DNA of 36,289 nucleotides from contig JAFTEJ010000072.1 of the NCBI GenBank assembly GCA_017453725.1, forward strand, positions 1 to 36,289, written 5' to 3'. The position numbers were made by a program, and so were the translations under genes. The notes under the pieces are model-generated. The model made no database searches, had not been told where the DNA came from, and saw nothing but the letters and a program-made list of their open reading frames with translations. Positions 16,201 through 24,767 of this stretch are shown piece after piece. Numbering within the stretch: position 1 is the first letter of the stretch; each line of letters starts with the position of its first letter. Source of the stretch: Clostridia bacterium. Lineage in GTDB: Bacteria > Bacillota > Clostridia > Oscillospirales > RGIG8002.

Positions 16201-17550
16201 GTTGAACTCGTCACCCCAGACCTCGACCCATTCATCGGAAATGCACTTATAGACGTCCCACTCATAAGCGGAGCTGACGAGCGCGGGATTTCCGCTACTG
16301 ATACCGAGATACTTGCTGCCGCTCTTGAAGACGAATCTGCCGTTGCTTACGGTCACGGACCATTTCTGATAGGAATTATCTAGATCCTCGTTGTGCTCGA
16401 GCGTAAGCTTTCCGTTTTCGATAATACCGAGCGTCCTGTCGCGCGTCATACAAGCGGAGGTACCCTGGTTGATGAGCTTATAATCGCCGCTGCGCAGCTG
16501 CTTGTAGATCTGCCACTGCTGGGTCACGTCGCAGCCGTTGCCGACGCTCATCGAAAACGACTGGTCAGAAGACGTCCAGTCGAGTCTGGTGCTCGACGCC
16601 TGCTTTTTGAAGACGGTTTCGGTAAGCTCCGGTCCCCAAGTGACGACCTTTCCGGTCGCGGGATCGGAAATCTTATACACGTGGTCGTTATCGATCTCGC
16701 TGAGCGCGGTGACCTTCACTTCTTCATAAACGCGGTCGTCTCTCTCCACCGTTTCGGCGAAGGCGTTGACGCCGGAAATGTATACGCTCGTTCCCGGAAC
16801 GCCCGAAACTCCGAATCCGATGCGGTTCATAGCGCCCGAAAGGTCGATCTTTGAATCGGGAGTCGTCACTTCCGGATAGAATATCTCCCACGGGATATAA
16901 ACGTAGCCCTCTTTCGTGACAGGGACGTCGTAAACCGAAAGCAGCTCCTCTGTTCCGGCGTTAAGCTTGCCGACGTAGACCTCCAACCCGAAAATTGCCG
17001 AATAATCGCTCGCGGAAAGCCATATCGCCAGACCGTCAGTGAAGTACATCTCGACGCCGAACGGCGAATAAGCGCCGTCCTCGCCGGGAGCGTTGAAGAA
17101 GGTGCCGTAAGCATCGTCGAGCGTAAGCTTCAACGACTGCGCGGCGCCCGGCGCTTTGACAGCCGTTGTCAGCTCGGCGGCAACGGCAAATCCACGCATA
17201 CTCGCTATCTGCCCGGCCGTCCACTTATCGACGCCGTTGATATCCGTTCCGCCGGAAAGCTCCATAGGGATAAAGCCTTCCATAGCGGCGACGAGGGTTT
17301 CGTAAGCGCCGTCTATCTCGATCTGCGAAGCGGAGTCGTCGATGATAACGGCGTCTGCGGCAAGGAGCTTGCCGTAAAGATACTTTCTCGTCTGCTCGCT
17401 TCCGCCGGAGAAATAAAGCTCGCGAGCTTCATTCAGCTTTTGCTCAAGCTCCGCCTTCGTCGTTGAGGCGGACGCGCTGAACGTGAGTGTTCCGGCAAAA
17501 ATGCCGGCGATCATACAAAAAAGGATAAGTGCCGATATTAGCTTCTTCAT
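13276..17550 (-). CDS. Secreted GH16 glycoside hydrolase: FIVAR, CBM-like, ricin-type (CBM13-like), GH16, WD40 propeller, FIVAR, CBM-like, Ig-like, dockerin
   Basis: Signal peptide; QQWQI/QKWSV ricin motifs; WGDEFNG, WPAFW, catalytic ELDMVE (15883-15900), YVDYVRVY; repeated (F/W)SPDG blades; duplicated Ca-loop GDPDGDGVITVSDAL...DIDKDGEVTVGDAL; SD GGAGGT. Confidence 0.9.
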   Translation of the reverse strand: MKKLISALILFCMIAGIFAGTLTFSASASTTKAELEQKLNEARELYFSGGSEQTRKYLYGKLLAADAVIIDDSASQIEIDGAYETLVAAMEGFIPMELSGGTDINGVDKWTAGQIASMRGFAVAAELTTAVKAPGAAQSLKLTLDDAYGTFFNAPGEDGAYSPFGVEMYFTDGLAIWLSASDYSAIFGLEVYVGKLNAGTEELLSVYDVPVTKEGYVYIPWEIFYPEVTTPDSKIDLSGAMNRIGFGVSGVPGTSVYISGVNAFAETVERDDRVYEEVKVTALSEIDNDHVYKISDPATGKVVTWGPELTETVFKKQASSTRLDWTSSDQSFSMSVGNGCDVTQQWQIYKQLRSGDYKLINQGTSACMTRDRTLGIIENGKLTLEHNEDLDNSYQKWSVTVSNGRFVFKSGSKYLGISSGNPALVSSAYEWDVYKCISDEWVEVWGDEFNGTSLDRTKWIPAVGHTRGDTEPQYHRDDANNLYLQDGNLVIRTAKEEYNGYHATSAWIDTEGTYGVTYGKIEMRAKMTDGKRSWPAFWAMGQYGNWPYNGELDMVEYDINDNSSDAYAVYATNHWFTYQGNLYGSDTSNDYMIHAAKGTTIYNENKEKYSNDYHTYTVEWDETQARSYIDGMLYMSMLLKTDELRWGFGDNPHYLILNVSVKGPGSNQVYSDMAAETFMYVDYVRVYKRAGEISEVTAYDDEILTPSKAVTGSNWMCALDVSPDGKYVASADRGTAYLTDASDGSLLRSNGCGYNEISKLLFSNDGSKLAVASRGGYVVVLSNPAFGRLSTGRSTNLYVEAVAFNQDGSKLFAGGRITNEGDNAGIIPSKDVSQYLYIMDASSGAVTEGPFTGSNVRTLKLSPDGTKLAAACANGKIIIYNIVNGSALSEYASFSDHIRCARGLAWSPDGSLLATTDEGGKIFVYDVAGKTMKYEAANVSSASIRTCEFSPDGTRLLVSGSADGGRLFDAVSGKLVSVMGGFMQAVPTARWSPDGKMILLMSLDGYGRLYTANGEYLRTLNGRQEKCNAVHDAVFAADGTKVYGITFHAKANTLCWDLGTGSLDVSELEAALLAASEADPDDYSARSWGVLESVRNKYKKLARIYTADQADVDAAARTVRCAVALKDNEIFGFKPWQTSDTSLMTVTTCRATMRDVTDAGVTHNALCVYSTRTKWEFSNKVGDEVIKNPFVADMTDYTGLKFKTYSTKDVNDSDILIGYTGENGDTLYKFNVGSISADKAEITAPFKDFVRVSGDERLDLSKLEIIGVTGAGKTTTGVYYYDLVAYQDEAEMPIVTGVEDGGVYDAPVTITWDVGRGELNGVSVGSGVTVSESGEYVLKVTNRDKEITIGFTVNAGPVAVLGDPDGDGVITVSDALAALRIAAKIKEETPYMIACCDIDKDGEVTVGDALYILRAAVGLITLPR

Positions 17551-17588
17551 AATTTACCTCCCGTTTAATTATGACTCATATATCAATA

Positions 17589-17618
17589 CCGGCGCGTACC
17601 CGCGAAGGCACGCGCCGG
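17589..17618 (-). terminator. GC-rich hairpin between pknB and the GH16 gene (weak terminator or stability element)
   Basis: CCGGCGCGTACC-CGCGAA-GGCACGCGCCGG immediately after the pknB stop; no clean U-tract. Confidence 0.45.
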
Positions 17619-17626
17619 AGCCGACC

Positions 17627-19546
17627 TTAATTGAAATTAAAGCTGACCGTACCGTTATCGAAATTGACCTTTCCCTGCCTGATGACGTCTTCGTTAATCT
17701 TGAAGACCCACTCCTTCGTTCCGCTGTTGCCCTTGAAGGTCACTTGGATGCCGTTCTTCACAAGGTCGGAATTGTAGTTGACGTCTACGAGGCGGAGCAC
17801 CGACTCTTTCTCGCCGGATTTCTCTTTGACGGTGTAGATGTCAACGTTGAAGCTCGTATAATCCTTGTATATCTCAGGAACATCAAATGTGAACGGCACC
17901 TGCTTTATCACAAGCGTACCGTCAGAGATAGTCAGGTCGACCTTGTCGCCCTGATTGAGGGTACCCTTGTCCGGATTTTGGGCTATGACAGTGCCGGCGG
18001 CTTTTTCGGAAGCGGCGGTAGTCACAACGCCCTTGTCAAGTCCCGCGTCCTTCAGCTTCTTCTCCGCTTCGGACTCGGTCAGACCGATGACGTTGACGAC
18101 ATCAACGGGACTTACGGAAGGACCGGTGCTGACGTATACGGTTATCTCTTCACCGATCTTGACCGGGGTGCCGCTTTTCGGATTAGTGCCGATGACAAGC
18201 CCTTCGGGCACGTCGTCGTCCGACTTCTTTTCTTCGACACAGGTGAGGTTGGCCTTCTGTATTTCAGCTTTTGCCGCCTGGAACGAAAGCTGCGCGACGT
18301 CCGGGACCTCGACTTTCTGAATGCCCTTGCTGACGGTCAGATATATGCGGTAACCCTCAGTGTTGACCTCCGTGCCGTCCTTTGGCTGCTGCGAAATTAT
18401 CTGCCCTTCCTCGTATTCATCGCTCCAGACCTTGTTCTGCTCCACGAAGACGAACTTGTTCGTATACTGCGTATCGTTGACAACGTCGCTGTAATACTTA
18501 CCCTTGAAATCGGGTATCACGACGGCGTTGTCTCCGCCTCCCGAAGCGATAAGAACGACGAGCACGACCGCGACAATGACGAGCACCGCGGTTATCGCGA
18601 TGAGTATGGGAACAAAGGAGGGAACCTTTGAACCCTGCTTGTCGGTCTGGGGCTTAATCTTACCGAAGTAACGCGTCTTGGCGGAATCGTCGGTCAGATC
18701 GTAGTCAAAAACAACGTCGGGATCGTTCTTTACCGCCTGGATATCCTTCATCATATCCGCGGCGGAAGCGAATCTCTTTTCGGGCGCTTTTTGCATCGCC
18801 TTCATTATGATCTGATCGACGCCTATCGGAATGGTATCGTTGATTATTCTGGGATTGTCCGGCTGTTTCTGGACGTGCTGGAGCGCGATGGAAACCGGCG
18901 TATCACCGTCAAACGGGAACTGCCCGGTCGTCAGCACATAGAATATCGCGCCGAGCGAATATATATCCGCCTTGAAATCCGTCTCGTTGCCGGACGCCTG
19001 CTCCGGACTGATATAGTGGACAGAGCCGAGCGCCATTTCGCTCATGGTCTTCGTATCTACCGAAGCCATACGCGCAATGCCGAAGTCCGTGACCTTGACT
19101 GTGCCGTCTTCGAGCAGCATTATGTTCTGCGGCTTCAGGTCGCGGTGGACCACTCCCCTCTCATGGGCGTGCTGGATGCCCTTGAGGGTCTGCTCCATAA
19201 TGGCGATCGCATCGTGCAGAGGGAGCACCTTTTTAACGTCTATATACTGCTGGAGCGTTATGCCGTTGATATACTCCATAACGATATACTGCGGTCCGTC
19301 GCCCGAACCTACGTCGTATATGCTGACGATATTGGGGTGCGAGAACATTGCTATCGCTTTAGACTCGTTCTTGAAACGGCGGCGGAACTCCTCATCCTCC
19401 GCGAATTCGTCCTTGAGTATCTTAACCGCAACGTTTCTCTCCGCGAAGCGGTCATAAGCCTTGTAGACGATAGCCATTCCGCCGACGCCGATGACCTCGC
19501 GGATCTCGTATCTGTTGTCAAGTCTTACTCCGAGATATTTATCCAT
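17627..19546 (-). CDS. pknB: PASTA-domain Ser/Thr protein kinase (PknB/PrkC/Stk1)
   Basis: IGVGGMAIVY, VAVKIL, HRDLKPQN, DFGIAR, YISPEQ; transmembrane helix; three PASTA repeats; follows the phosphatase gene. Confidence 0.97.
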   Translation of the reverse strand: MDKYLGVRLDNRYEIREVIGVGGMAIVYKAYDRFAERNVAVKILKDEFAEDEEFRRRFKNESKAIAMFSHPNIVSIYDVGSGDGPQYIVMEYINGITLQQYIDVKKVLPLHDAIAIMEQTLKGIQHAHERGVVHRDLKPQNIMLLEDGTVKVTDFGIARMASVDTKTMSEMALGSVHYISPEQASGNETDFKADIYSLGAIFYVLTTGQFPFDGDTPVSIALQHVQKQPDNPRIINDTIPIGVDQIIMKAMQKAPEKRFASAADMMKDIQAVKNDPDVVFDYDLTDDSAKTRYFGKIKPQTDKQGSKVPSFVPILIAITAVLVIVAVVLVVLIASGGGDNAVVIPDFKGKYYSDVVNDTQYTNKFVFVEQNKVWSDEYEEGQIISQQPKDGTEVNTEGYRIYLTVSKGIQKVEVPDVAQLSFQAAKAEIQKANLTCVEEKKSDDDVPEGLVIGTNPKSGTPVKIGEEITVYVSTGPSVSPVDVVNVIGLTESEAEKKLKDAGLDKGVVTTAASEKAAGTVIAQNPDKGTLNQGDKVDLTISDGTLVIKQVPFTFDVPEIYKDYTSFNVDIYTVKEKSGEKESVLRLVDVNYNSDLVKNGIQVTFKGNSGTKEWVFKINEDVIRQGKVNFDNGTVSFNFN

Positions 19547-19549
19547 TCA

Positions 19550-20275
19550 TCAACCCTCCATTGAATTACCGCTTATCACGACCGCGGTGGCATTGTCCGT
19601 TCCGCCGCGTTCGACGGCAAGAGCGATCATACCGTCGACCGCTTCGTCGGGAGGTTTCTCCATTAACCCGGCGAGCTCGCTGCCGTCGACCAGGTTCGTG
19701 ACTCCGTCGGTGCAAAGCAATATGGAATAGTTTTTCGGCAAATAGTATTCGGTGTAATCCGCTTCGATCTCCGCGGCAACCCCGAGCGCACGCGTTATAA
19801 GGTTTCTGTTAGGATAGCTTCGCGCCTGATCCGGCGTCAGCTCGCCGCTTTCCAGCAGCTCCTGAACAACGGAATGGTCGCGTGTGAGCTGCTCAAGCTC
19901 GGTACCGTTGAACAGGTACGCACGCGAATCTCCCGCATGGACAAGATAGAGCGTACCGTCACGCACCGCGGCGGCGACGATGGTCGTGCCCATACCTTCG
20001 AGGGAATCTACTTCTTTTGATTTTTCATAAACAGCATAGTTCGCGGCGTCTATCGCGGAAAGAAGCACGTATTTCAGATCGGCGTTCTTCTCGGCGACGG
20101 AAACCCGCTTTGCAACGATGTCCGCGGCTATATCCGACGCGACTGCGCCGCCGTTGGCACCGCCCATTCCGTCACAAACAACGGCGTAGGCGAAGTTCTC
20201 GCCCTCGCCCATTATAAAGGCGTCCTGGTTTTCCTTCCGGACAAGCCCTATGTCGCTTGCTCCGTATACCCGCAC
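19550..20275 (-). CDS. stp: PP2C-family Ser/Thr phosphatase (Stp1/PrpC)
   Basis: DIGLVRKENQD, VCDGMGG, GMGTT, GDSRAY, CTDG, GGTDNAT. Confidence 0.96.
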   Translation of the reverse strand: MRVYGASDIGLVRKENQDAFIMGEGENFAYAVVCDGMGGANGGAVASDIAADIVAKRVSVAEKNADLKYVLLSAIDAANYAVYEKSKEVDSLEGMGTTIVAAAVRDGTLYLVHAGDSRAYLFNGTELEQLTRDHSVVQELLESGELTPDQARSYPNRNLITRALGVAAEIEADYTEYYLPKNYSILLCTDGVTNLVDGSELAGLMEKPPDEAVDGMIALAVERGGTDNATAVVISGNSMEG

Positions 20276-20290
20276 GGCACATCACTCCTT

Positions 20291-21337
20291 TCAAGCGTCC
20301 GCACGCTCTTTTTCATTATCGTAACGCAGCCTGAGCTGTCCGCAGGCGGCGTCTATATCTGTTCCGAGCTCGCGTCTGACCGTCGCGCTTATATGCTCGC
20401 GTTCGAGCGCGTTCAAAAACGCCCTCATACGCGCCGGGGACGGTCTCTCCCACTCGCACTCCTTCGAAGGATTCAGCGGTATGAGATTGACGTGCGCCAT
20501 TATCCCGCGCAGCTTTGAAGCGAGCTCTCTCGCGTTTTCATCTGAATCGTTGATCCCTTTTATCAGCGTGTATTCGATCGCGACACGGCGTTTGGTGTAG
20601 TCCGCGTATTCTTTCACTTCCGCAAGCAGGTCGCTCATCTTATACTTCGCCGCGACCGGCATTATCCGGCGGCGGATCTCGTCGTTCGGGGCGTGGAGCG
20701 ATACCGAAAGCGTCAGGCCGAGCCTCATTTCACGAAGCTGTCTGATACGCTCGACAAGCCCGCAGGTCGAAAGAGATATTCCCCTGACGCTCAGCCCGAG
20801 GCATCGCTCGTCGGTCGCCATCGCGATAAACGCCGTCACGTTATCGAAGTTATCAAGCGGCTCGCCGGTGCCCATCAAAACCACGTTTGATATTTTAACA
20901 CAAAACTGTCTTTCTGTAAAGATTATTTGGTCAAGCATTTCCGAAACAGTAAGATTACGCTTCAAGCCGCGCTTTGTCGAAGCGCAGAAGCGGCATCCCA
21001 TCCGGCAACCCGCCTGAGTGGAAATGCATACAGTGCTGCCGTGCTTATACTTCATAAGCACCGTTTCGACGGCGTTGCCGTCCGCGAATCCGTAAAGCAG
21101 TTTCGCTGTTTCTCCGTCGGACGACACCTGCGAGCGCAGTATCTCCGGACGAGAGATGAAGAAGCGGTCGGCAAGCCTTTCGCGAAGCTTCGCGGAAAGA
21201 TTCGTCATTTCCGAAAAATCAGCGACCCTATCCTTGTAAAGCCAGCGGAAGACCTGCGCAGTACGGTAGCTTTCGCATCCTTCGGCGGCAAGGATCTCGG
21301 CGAGCGCGTCAAATGTCAATGATTTTATATCCGTCAT
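20291..21337 (-). CDS. rlmN: 23S rRNA m2A2503 radical SAM methyltransferase
   Basis: CISTQAGCRMGCRFCAS, MGTGEPL, SLHAPN, DIDAACGQL. Confidence 0.97.
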   Translation of the reverse strand: MTDIKSLTFDALAEILAAEGCESYRTAQVFRWLYKDRVADFSEMTNLSAKLRERLADRFFISRPEILRSQVSSDGETAKLLYGFADGNAVETVLMKYKHGSTVCISTQAGCRMGCRFCASTKRGLKRNLTVSEMLDQIIFTERQFCVKISNVVLMGTGEPLDNFDNVTAFIAMATDERCLGLSVRGISLSTCGLVERIRQLREMRLGLTLSVSLHAPNDEIRRRIMPVAAKYKMSDLLAEVKEYADYTKRRVAIEYTLIKGINDSDENARELASKLRGIMAHVNLIPLNPSKECEWERPSPARMRAFLNALEREHISATVRRELGTDIDAACGQLRLRYDNEKERADA

Positions 21338-22638
21338 ATTTTTACCATTCTCGCAACGAAAAATCCGTCGGTGCCGTTCAGGTCCGGGCGAAGAGTGACG
21401 CGCCAGTCCTCACCGCCGTCCGGCAAAAGGAACGGCGACGGCGTAAAATCGCCGTTGTTCGCAAGGAACGCTTCTATGACCGCCTCGTTCTCCGCACGGA
21501 GCAGCGTGCAGGTAGAGTAAACGAGCGTCCCGCCCTTCCGCACGCAGCGGGCGGAATTTTCGAGTATCGCGGATTGTATGCGAGGCAGTTCCGAAACGTC
21601 GGAGGCGCGTTTGCGGCGTATCTCCGGCTTCTTCCTTATAACTCCGAGCCCCGAGCATGGAACGTCGCAAAGCACCCTGTCAGCCTCCGGGAGCACGCCG
21701 GTCGACGCGTCGCGCACCGCGGCGGTAAGTATCGTTATGCCGAGCCGTTCCGCGCCTTCGCGGATAAGCCCGAGCTTCTTTTCGCTTAAGTCAAAAGAGC
21801 GAAGCTCACCCTCGTTATTCATCATCTCCGATGCGGTAAAACTCTTGCCTCCCGGTGCGGCGCACACATCATAGACGCGCTCGCCCGGGCGCGCGGCGAG
21901 CACTCCGCAGCAGAACGCGGACGCTGCGTCCTGCACGTGGAACAGCCCTTCGCGGTAGGCGGCCAGCCCATCGACGCTCCCCGTTCCGGAAAGCGTCAGC
22001 ATTTCGGGGATAAAAGGGTGTTTTTCAGCTTTGACTCCGTCCGCCTCGAGCCTATCAGAAAGCTGCGCGGCGTCGGTTTTCAGCGTGTTGGCTCTTACGG
22101 TCAGCGGAGGTCTCCCCTCCGACGCGGCGAGTATCGCTTCCGCGCCGGCGAAGCCGTATTCGTATATCCATTCCTCAGCGATCCAGCTTTCAACGGAGTA
22201 TCGAATAGAAAGGTAACCGGCGGGATCCGCTTCCGCGTCCGGCAGGACGCTTTCCCCGCGGTGGCGGTCTATGTTGCGGAGCACCGCGTTGACAAAGCCG
22301 CCGGAGCGGCTGTCCACCGACTTCGCGAGCTCGACGCCCTCGTTTATCGCGGAATACGCGGGTATCTTATCGCAAAAGAGTATCTGATATGCGGAAAGGC
22401 GCAGTATCACCGAGATTTCCGGGCGGAGCTTCCCTTTTTTCGCCAGCTCGCGCCGTATATACGCGTCGAGCAGCGACTCGCGCTCAAGCGTTCCGTAGAC
22501 TATGCTCGCGGCAAGCGCGGCGTCCTGAGCGGAAAGCGCCGACGCCTTTATCTCCGCGTCGAGAGCGCGGGGCGAGAACGCGCCGTTCAGCGAAACCGCC
22601 TTCAGCACCCTGAAGGCGCACACACGCGCTCCGGTCAT
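21334..22638 (-). CDS. rsmB: 16S rRNA m5C967 methyltransferase (RsmB/Sun)
   Basis: NusB-like N-terminus (GFVNAVLR), VQD, CAAPGGK, DVPCSGLG, YSTCT. Confidence 0.96.
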   Translation of the reverse strand: MTGARVCAFRVLKAVSLNGAFSPRALDAEIKASALSAQDAALAASIVYGTLERESLLDAYIRRELAKKGKLRPEISVILRLSAYQILFCDKIPAYSAINEGVELAKSVDSRSGGFVNAVLRNIDRHRGESVLPDAEADPAGYLSIRYSVESWIAEEWIYEYGFAGAEAILAASEGRPPLTVRANTLKTDAAQLSDRLEADGVKAEKHPFIPEMLTLSGTGSVDGLAAYREGLFHVQDAASAFCCGVLAARPGERVYDVCAAPGGKSFTASEMMNNEGELRSFDLSEKKLGLIREGAERLGITILTAAVRDASTGVLPEADRVLCDVPCSGLGVIRKKPEIRRKRASDVSELPRIQSAILENSARCVRKGGTLVYSTCTLLRAENEAVIEAFLANNGDFTPSPFLLPDGGEDWRVTLRPDLNGTDGFFVARMVKI

Positions 22639-23336
22639 CAGTCGCTTCTCCTGCCGAATATCATCAGCAAACGCAGGATGTTCATCAGCGTCACGAAGAA
22701 CGCCGCGACGTAGGTCATTGCGGCGGCGGTCAGCACTCTTCTCGCGCCAACCGCTTCCGTATCCGAAAGCGTGTTATGCTCGCGTATGGCCGCCATTGCT
22801 CTCCGGGAAGCGTCGAACTCGACCGGCAGCGTTATAAGCTGCACGAACAAGCCCGCGAAAAGAATTATAAACGCGGCCTTGAAAAGAATCATACTCGCGT
22901 TTTGGTTCGAAATCAGAACGGAGATTATCAGCAGCGGTATCGGCAGCCAGGAAACGAACTGCGTTATCGGAATAACGAAATTACGTATCCGCAGCGGAAA
23001 GTATCCGATGTTGTGCTGAACGGCGTGCCCCGCCTCGTGCGCGGCTATGCCGACCGCCGCAACGGAATCCCTGTCAAAAACCCCGGCGGAAAGGCGTATC
23101 GCCTTCGACTTGGGGTCGTAGTGGTCTCCGCTGTTGTTCTGCAGGCGCTCGATGCGCACATCGTAAATGCCGTTGGCGGAAAGGATCGCCTCCGCCATTT
23201 CTTTGCCCGTTACTCCTCTGGCTGTGCGCACCTGCCCGTATTTGCTGATAGCCGAATTGACGACTATCTGCGTGATGAGCATAAAAATCAGCGCCGGAAC
23301 CACAAGAATTATATACCAGCTGTCAATATACCACAT
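22638..23336 (-). CDS. Membrane zinc metallopeptidase (YugP-like)
   Basis: DHYDP, AAHEAGHAVQH, TLPVEFDASRRA, AAAMTYVA; start moved to ATG 23336 behind GAGGAG. Confidence 0.92.
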   Translation of the reverse strand: MWYIDSWYIILVVPALIFMLITQIVVNSAISKYGQVRTARGVTGKEMAEAILSANGIYDVRIERLQNNSGDHYDPKSKAIRLSAGVFDRDSVAAVGIAAHEAGHAVQHNIGYFPLRIRNFVIPITQFVSWLPIPLLIISVLISNQNASMILFKAAFIILFAGLFVQLITLPVEFDASRRAMAAIREHNTLSDTEAVGARRVLTAAAMTYVAAFFVTLMNILRLLMIFGRRSD

Positions 23337-23340
23337 ATAA

Positions 23341-24258
23341 TCACTCCTCGTTGAAAATCGGATGTCCGCGAAGGTACGCGGCGGAGTCCATACGTTTTCC
23401 GCCCTCGCCCTGTACTTCATTCAATAACACTTCTATGCCGTCTCCGCAGGCGACGGCGATCGAGCCGTCTTTTTCATAGGCTTCGCCCGCGGGGCGCACG
23501 GTCGTTTCGCCGACCGCCGCTTTGTAGACTTTCAGTTTGTTTCCTTTTATATCGGCGCGCGCAACGGGGTTCGGGTTGAGCCCCCGCACGAGATTGACTA
23601 CGCTCGCGGCGCTCTTCGTGAAATCAATGACCGCAGCTTCCTTTGAAATCATTGGCGCGTAAGTGGCTTTGCTCTCATCCTGCTTTATAGGAATTATCTC
23701 ACCCGCGTCAAGCTTTATAAGCGTTTCCGTAAGCAGTTCGGCGCCGACGGGAGCGAGCGCTTCGAAAAGCTCGCCCGCTGTCATTTCCGGCGGTATTCCG
23801 ACCTCGCGCACGGCGAGCATATCGCCCGTATCCATACCCTCGTCAAGCTGCATAATCGTCACCCCTGTAACGTTTTCGCCGTTGACAATAGCTGTTTGTA
23901 TAGGAGACGCGCCTCTGTACTTCGGCAGCAGCGACGCGTGGACGTTCACGCAGCCGAGGCGCGGAAGCGAAAGCAACGACGGCGGCAGTATCCTGCCGTA
24001 GGCAGCGACGACCGCGACGTCGGGAGAATACTTTTTGAATATCTCGTCGCCCTCGCCGCCACGGAGCGAAAGCGGCTGATACACCGGAAGCCCGACGCTT
24101 TCAGCGTAGGTTTTTACCGCGCCGGGAATGACCTTGTTTCCGCGTGCGTTGACTCTGTCCGGCTGCGTTATGACGGCGCAGACGCCAAAGCCGCGTTCGA
24201 CAAGCTCTTTCAGGGTGACGGCGGCAAAGTCCGGCGTGCCCATAAATACTACTTTCAA
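23341..24258 (-). CDS. fmt: Methionyl-tRNA formyltransferase
   Basis: FMGTPDFA, TQPDR, NVHASLLPKYRGASPI, MDTGD; TTG start. Confidence 0.97.
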   Translation of the reverse strand: MKVVFMGTPDFAAVTLKELVERGFGVCAVITQPDRVNARGNKVIPGAVKTYAESVGLPVYQPLSLRGGEGDEIFKKYSPDVAVVAAYGRILPPSLLSLPRLGCVNVHASLLPKYRGASPIQTAIVNGENVTGVTIMQLDEGMDTGDMLAVREVGIPPEMTAGELFEALAPVGAELLTETLIKLDAGEIIPIKQDESKATYAPMISKEAAVIDFTKSAASVVNLVRGLNPNPVARADIKGNKLKVYKAAVGETTVRPAGEAYEKDGSIAVACGDGIEVLLNEVQGEGGKRMDSAAYLRGHPIFNEE

Positions 24259-24263
24259 GCGTA

Positions 24264-24746
24264 CTACTCCTTTTTGTCGCCCTTCAGCTCGTCCGGCTCA
24301 AGCATACGCAGAACACAGTCGATGAAGAGCTTTCCGTCAAGATGGTCTACCTCATGGCAAACAGCCCTCGCGGAAAGTCCGCTGACGGAGTACTTTACCT
24401 TTTTGCCCTCTAAGTTCAGAGCCTCAACGGTAACGTTCATAGGTCTGCTCGTGATGCCGTATTCGCCGGGGTAAGAAAGGCATCCCTCGATGTCCTCCTG
24501 ATGGCCGGACGTCTTTTTGATAACAGGGTTTATAAGCTCGACGACGCCTACGCCTTCGAGTTCTACAACGACTACGCGGCGGAGCACTCCTACCTGCGGA
24601 GCGGCAAGTCCGACTCCGTTGGCGAGCGCCATCGTTTCTTTCATGTCCTCGACGAGGGTGGCTATCCTATCGTCGATCTTTTCGACCTCGCGGGCGCGCT
24701 TGCGGAGCGTTTCGTCTCCGAATTCAATTATCTGCCTTACTGCCAT
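24264..24746 (-). CDS. def: Peptide deformylase
   Basis: GVGLAAPQVG, EGCLS, CHEVDHLDG. Confidence 0.97.
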   Translation of the reverse strand: MAVRQIIEFGDETLRKRAREVEKIDDRIATLVEDMKETMALANGVGLAAPQVGVLRRVVVVELEGVGVVELINPVIKKTSGHQEDIEGCLSYPGEYGITSRPMNVTVEALNLEGKKVKYSVSGLSARAVCHEVDHLDGKLFIDCVLRMLEPDELKGDKKE

Positions 24747-24767
24747 TTTGATTTCCTTTCAATTCAT

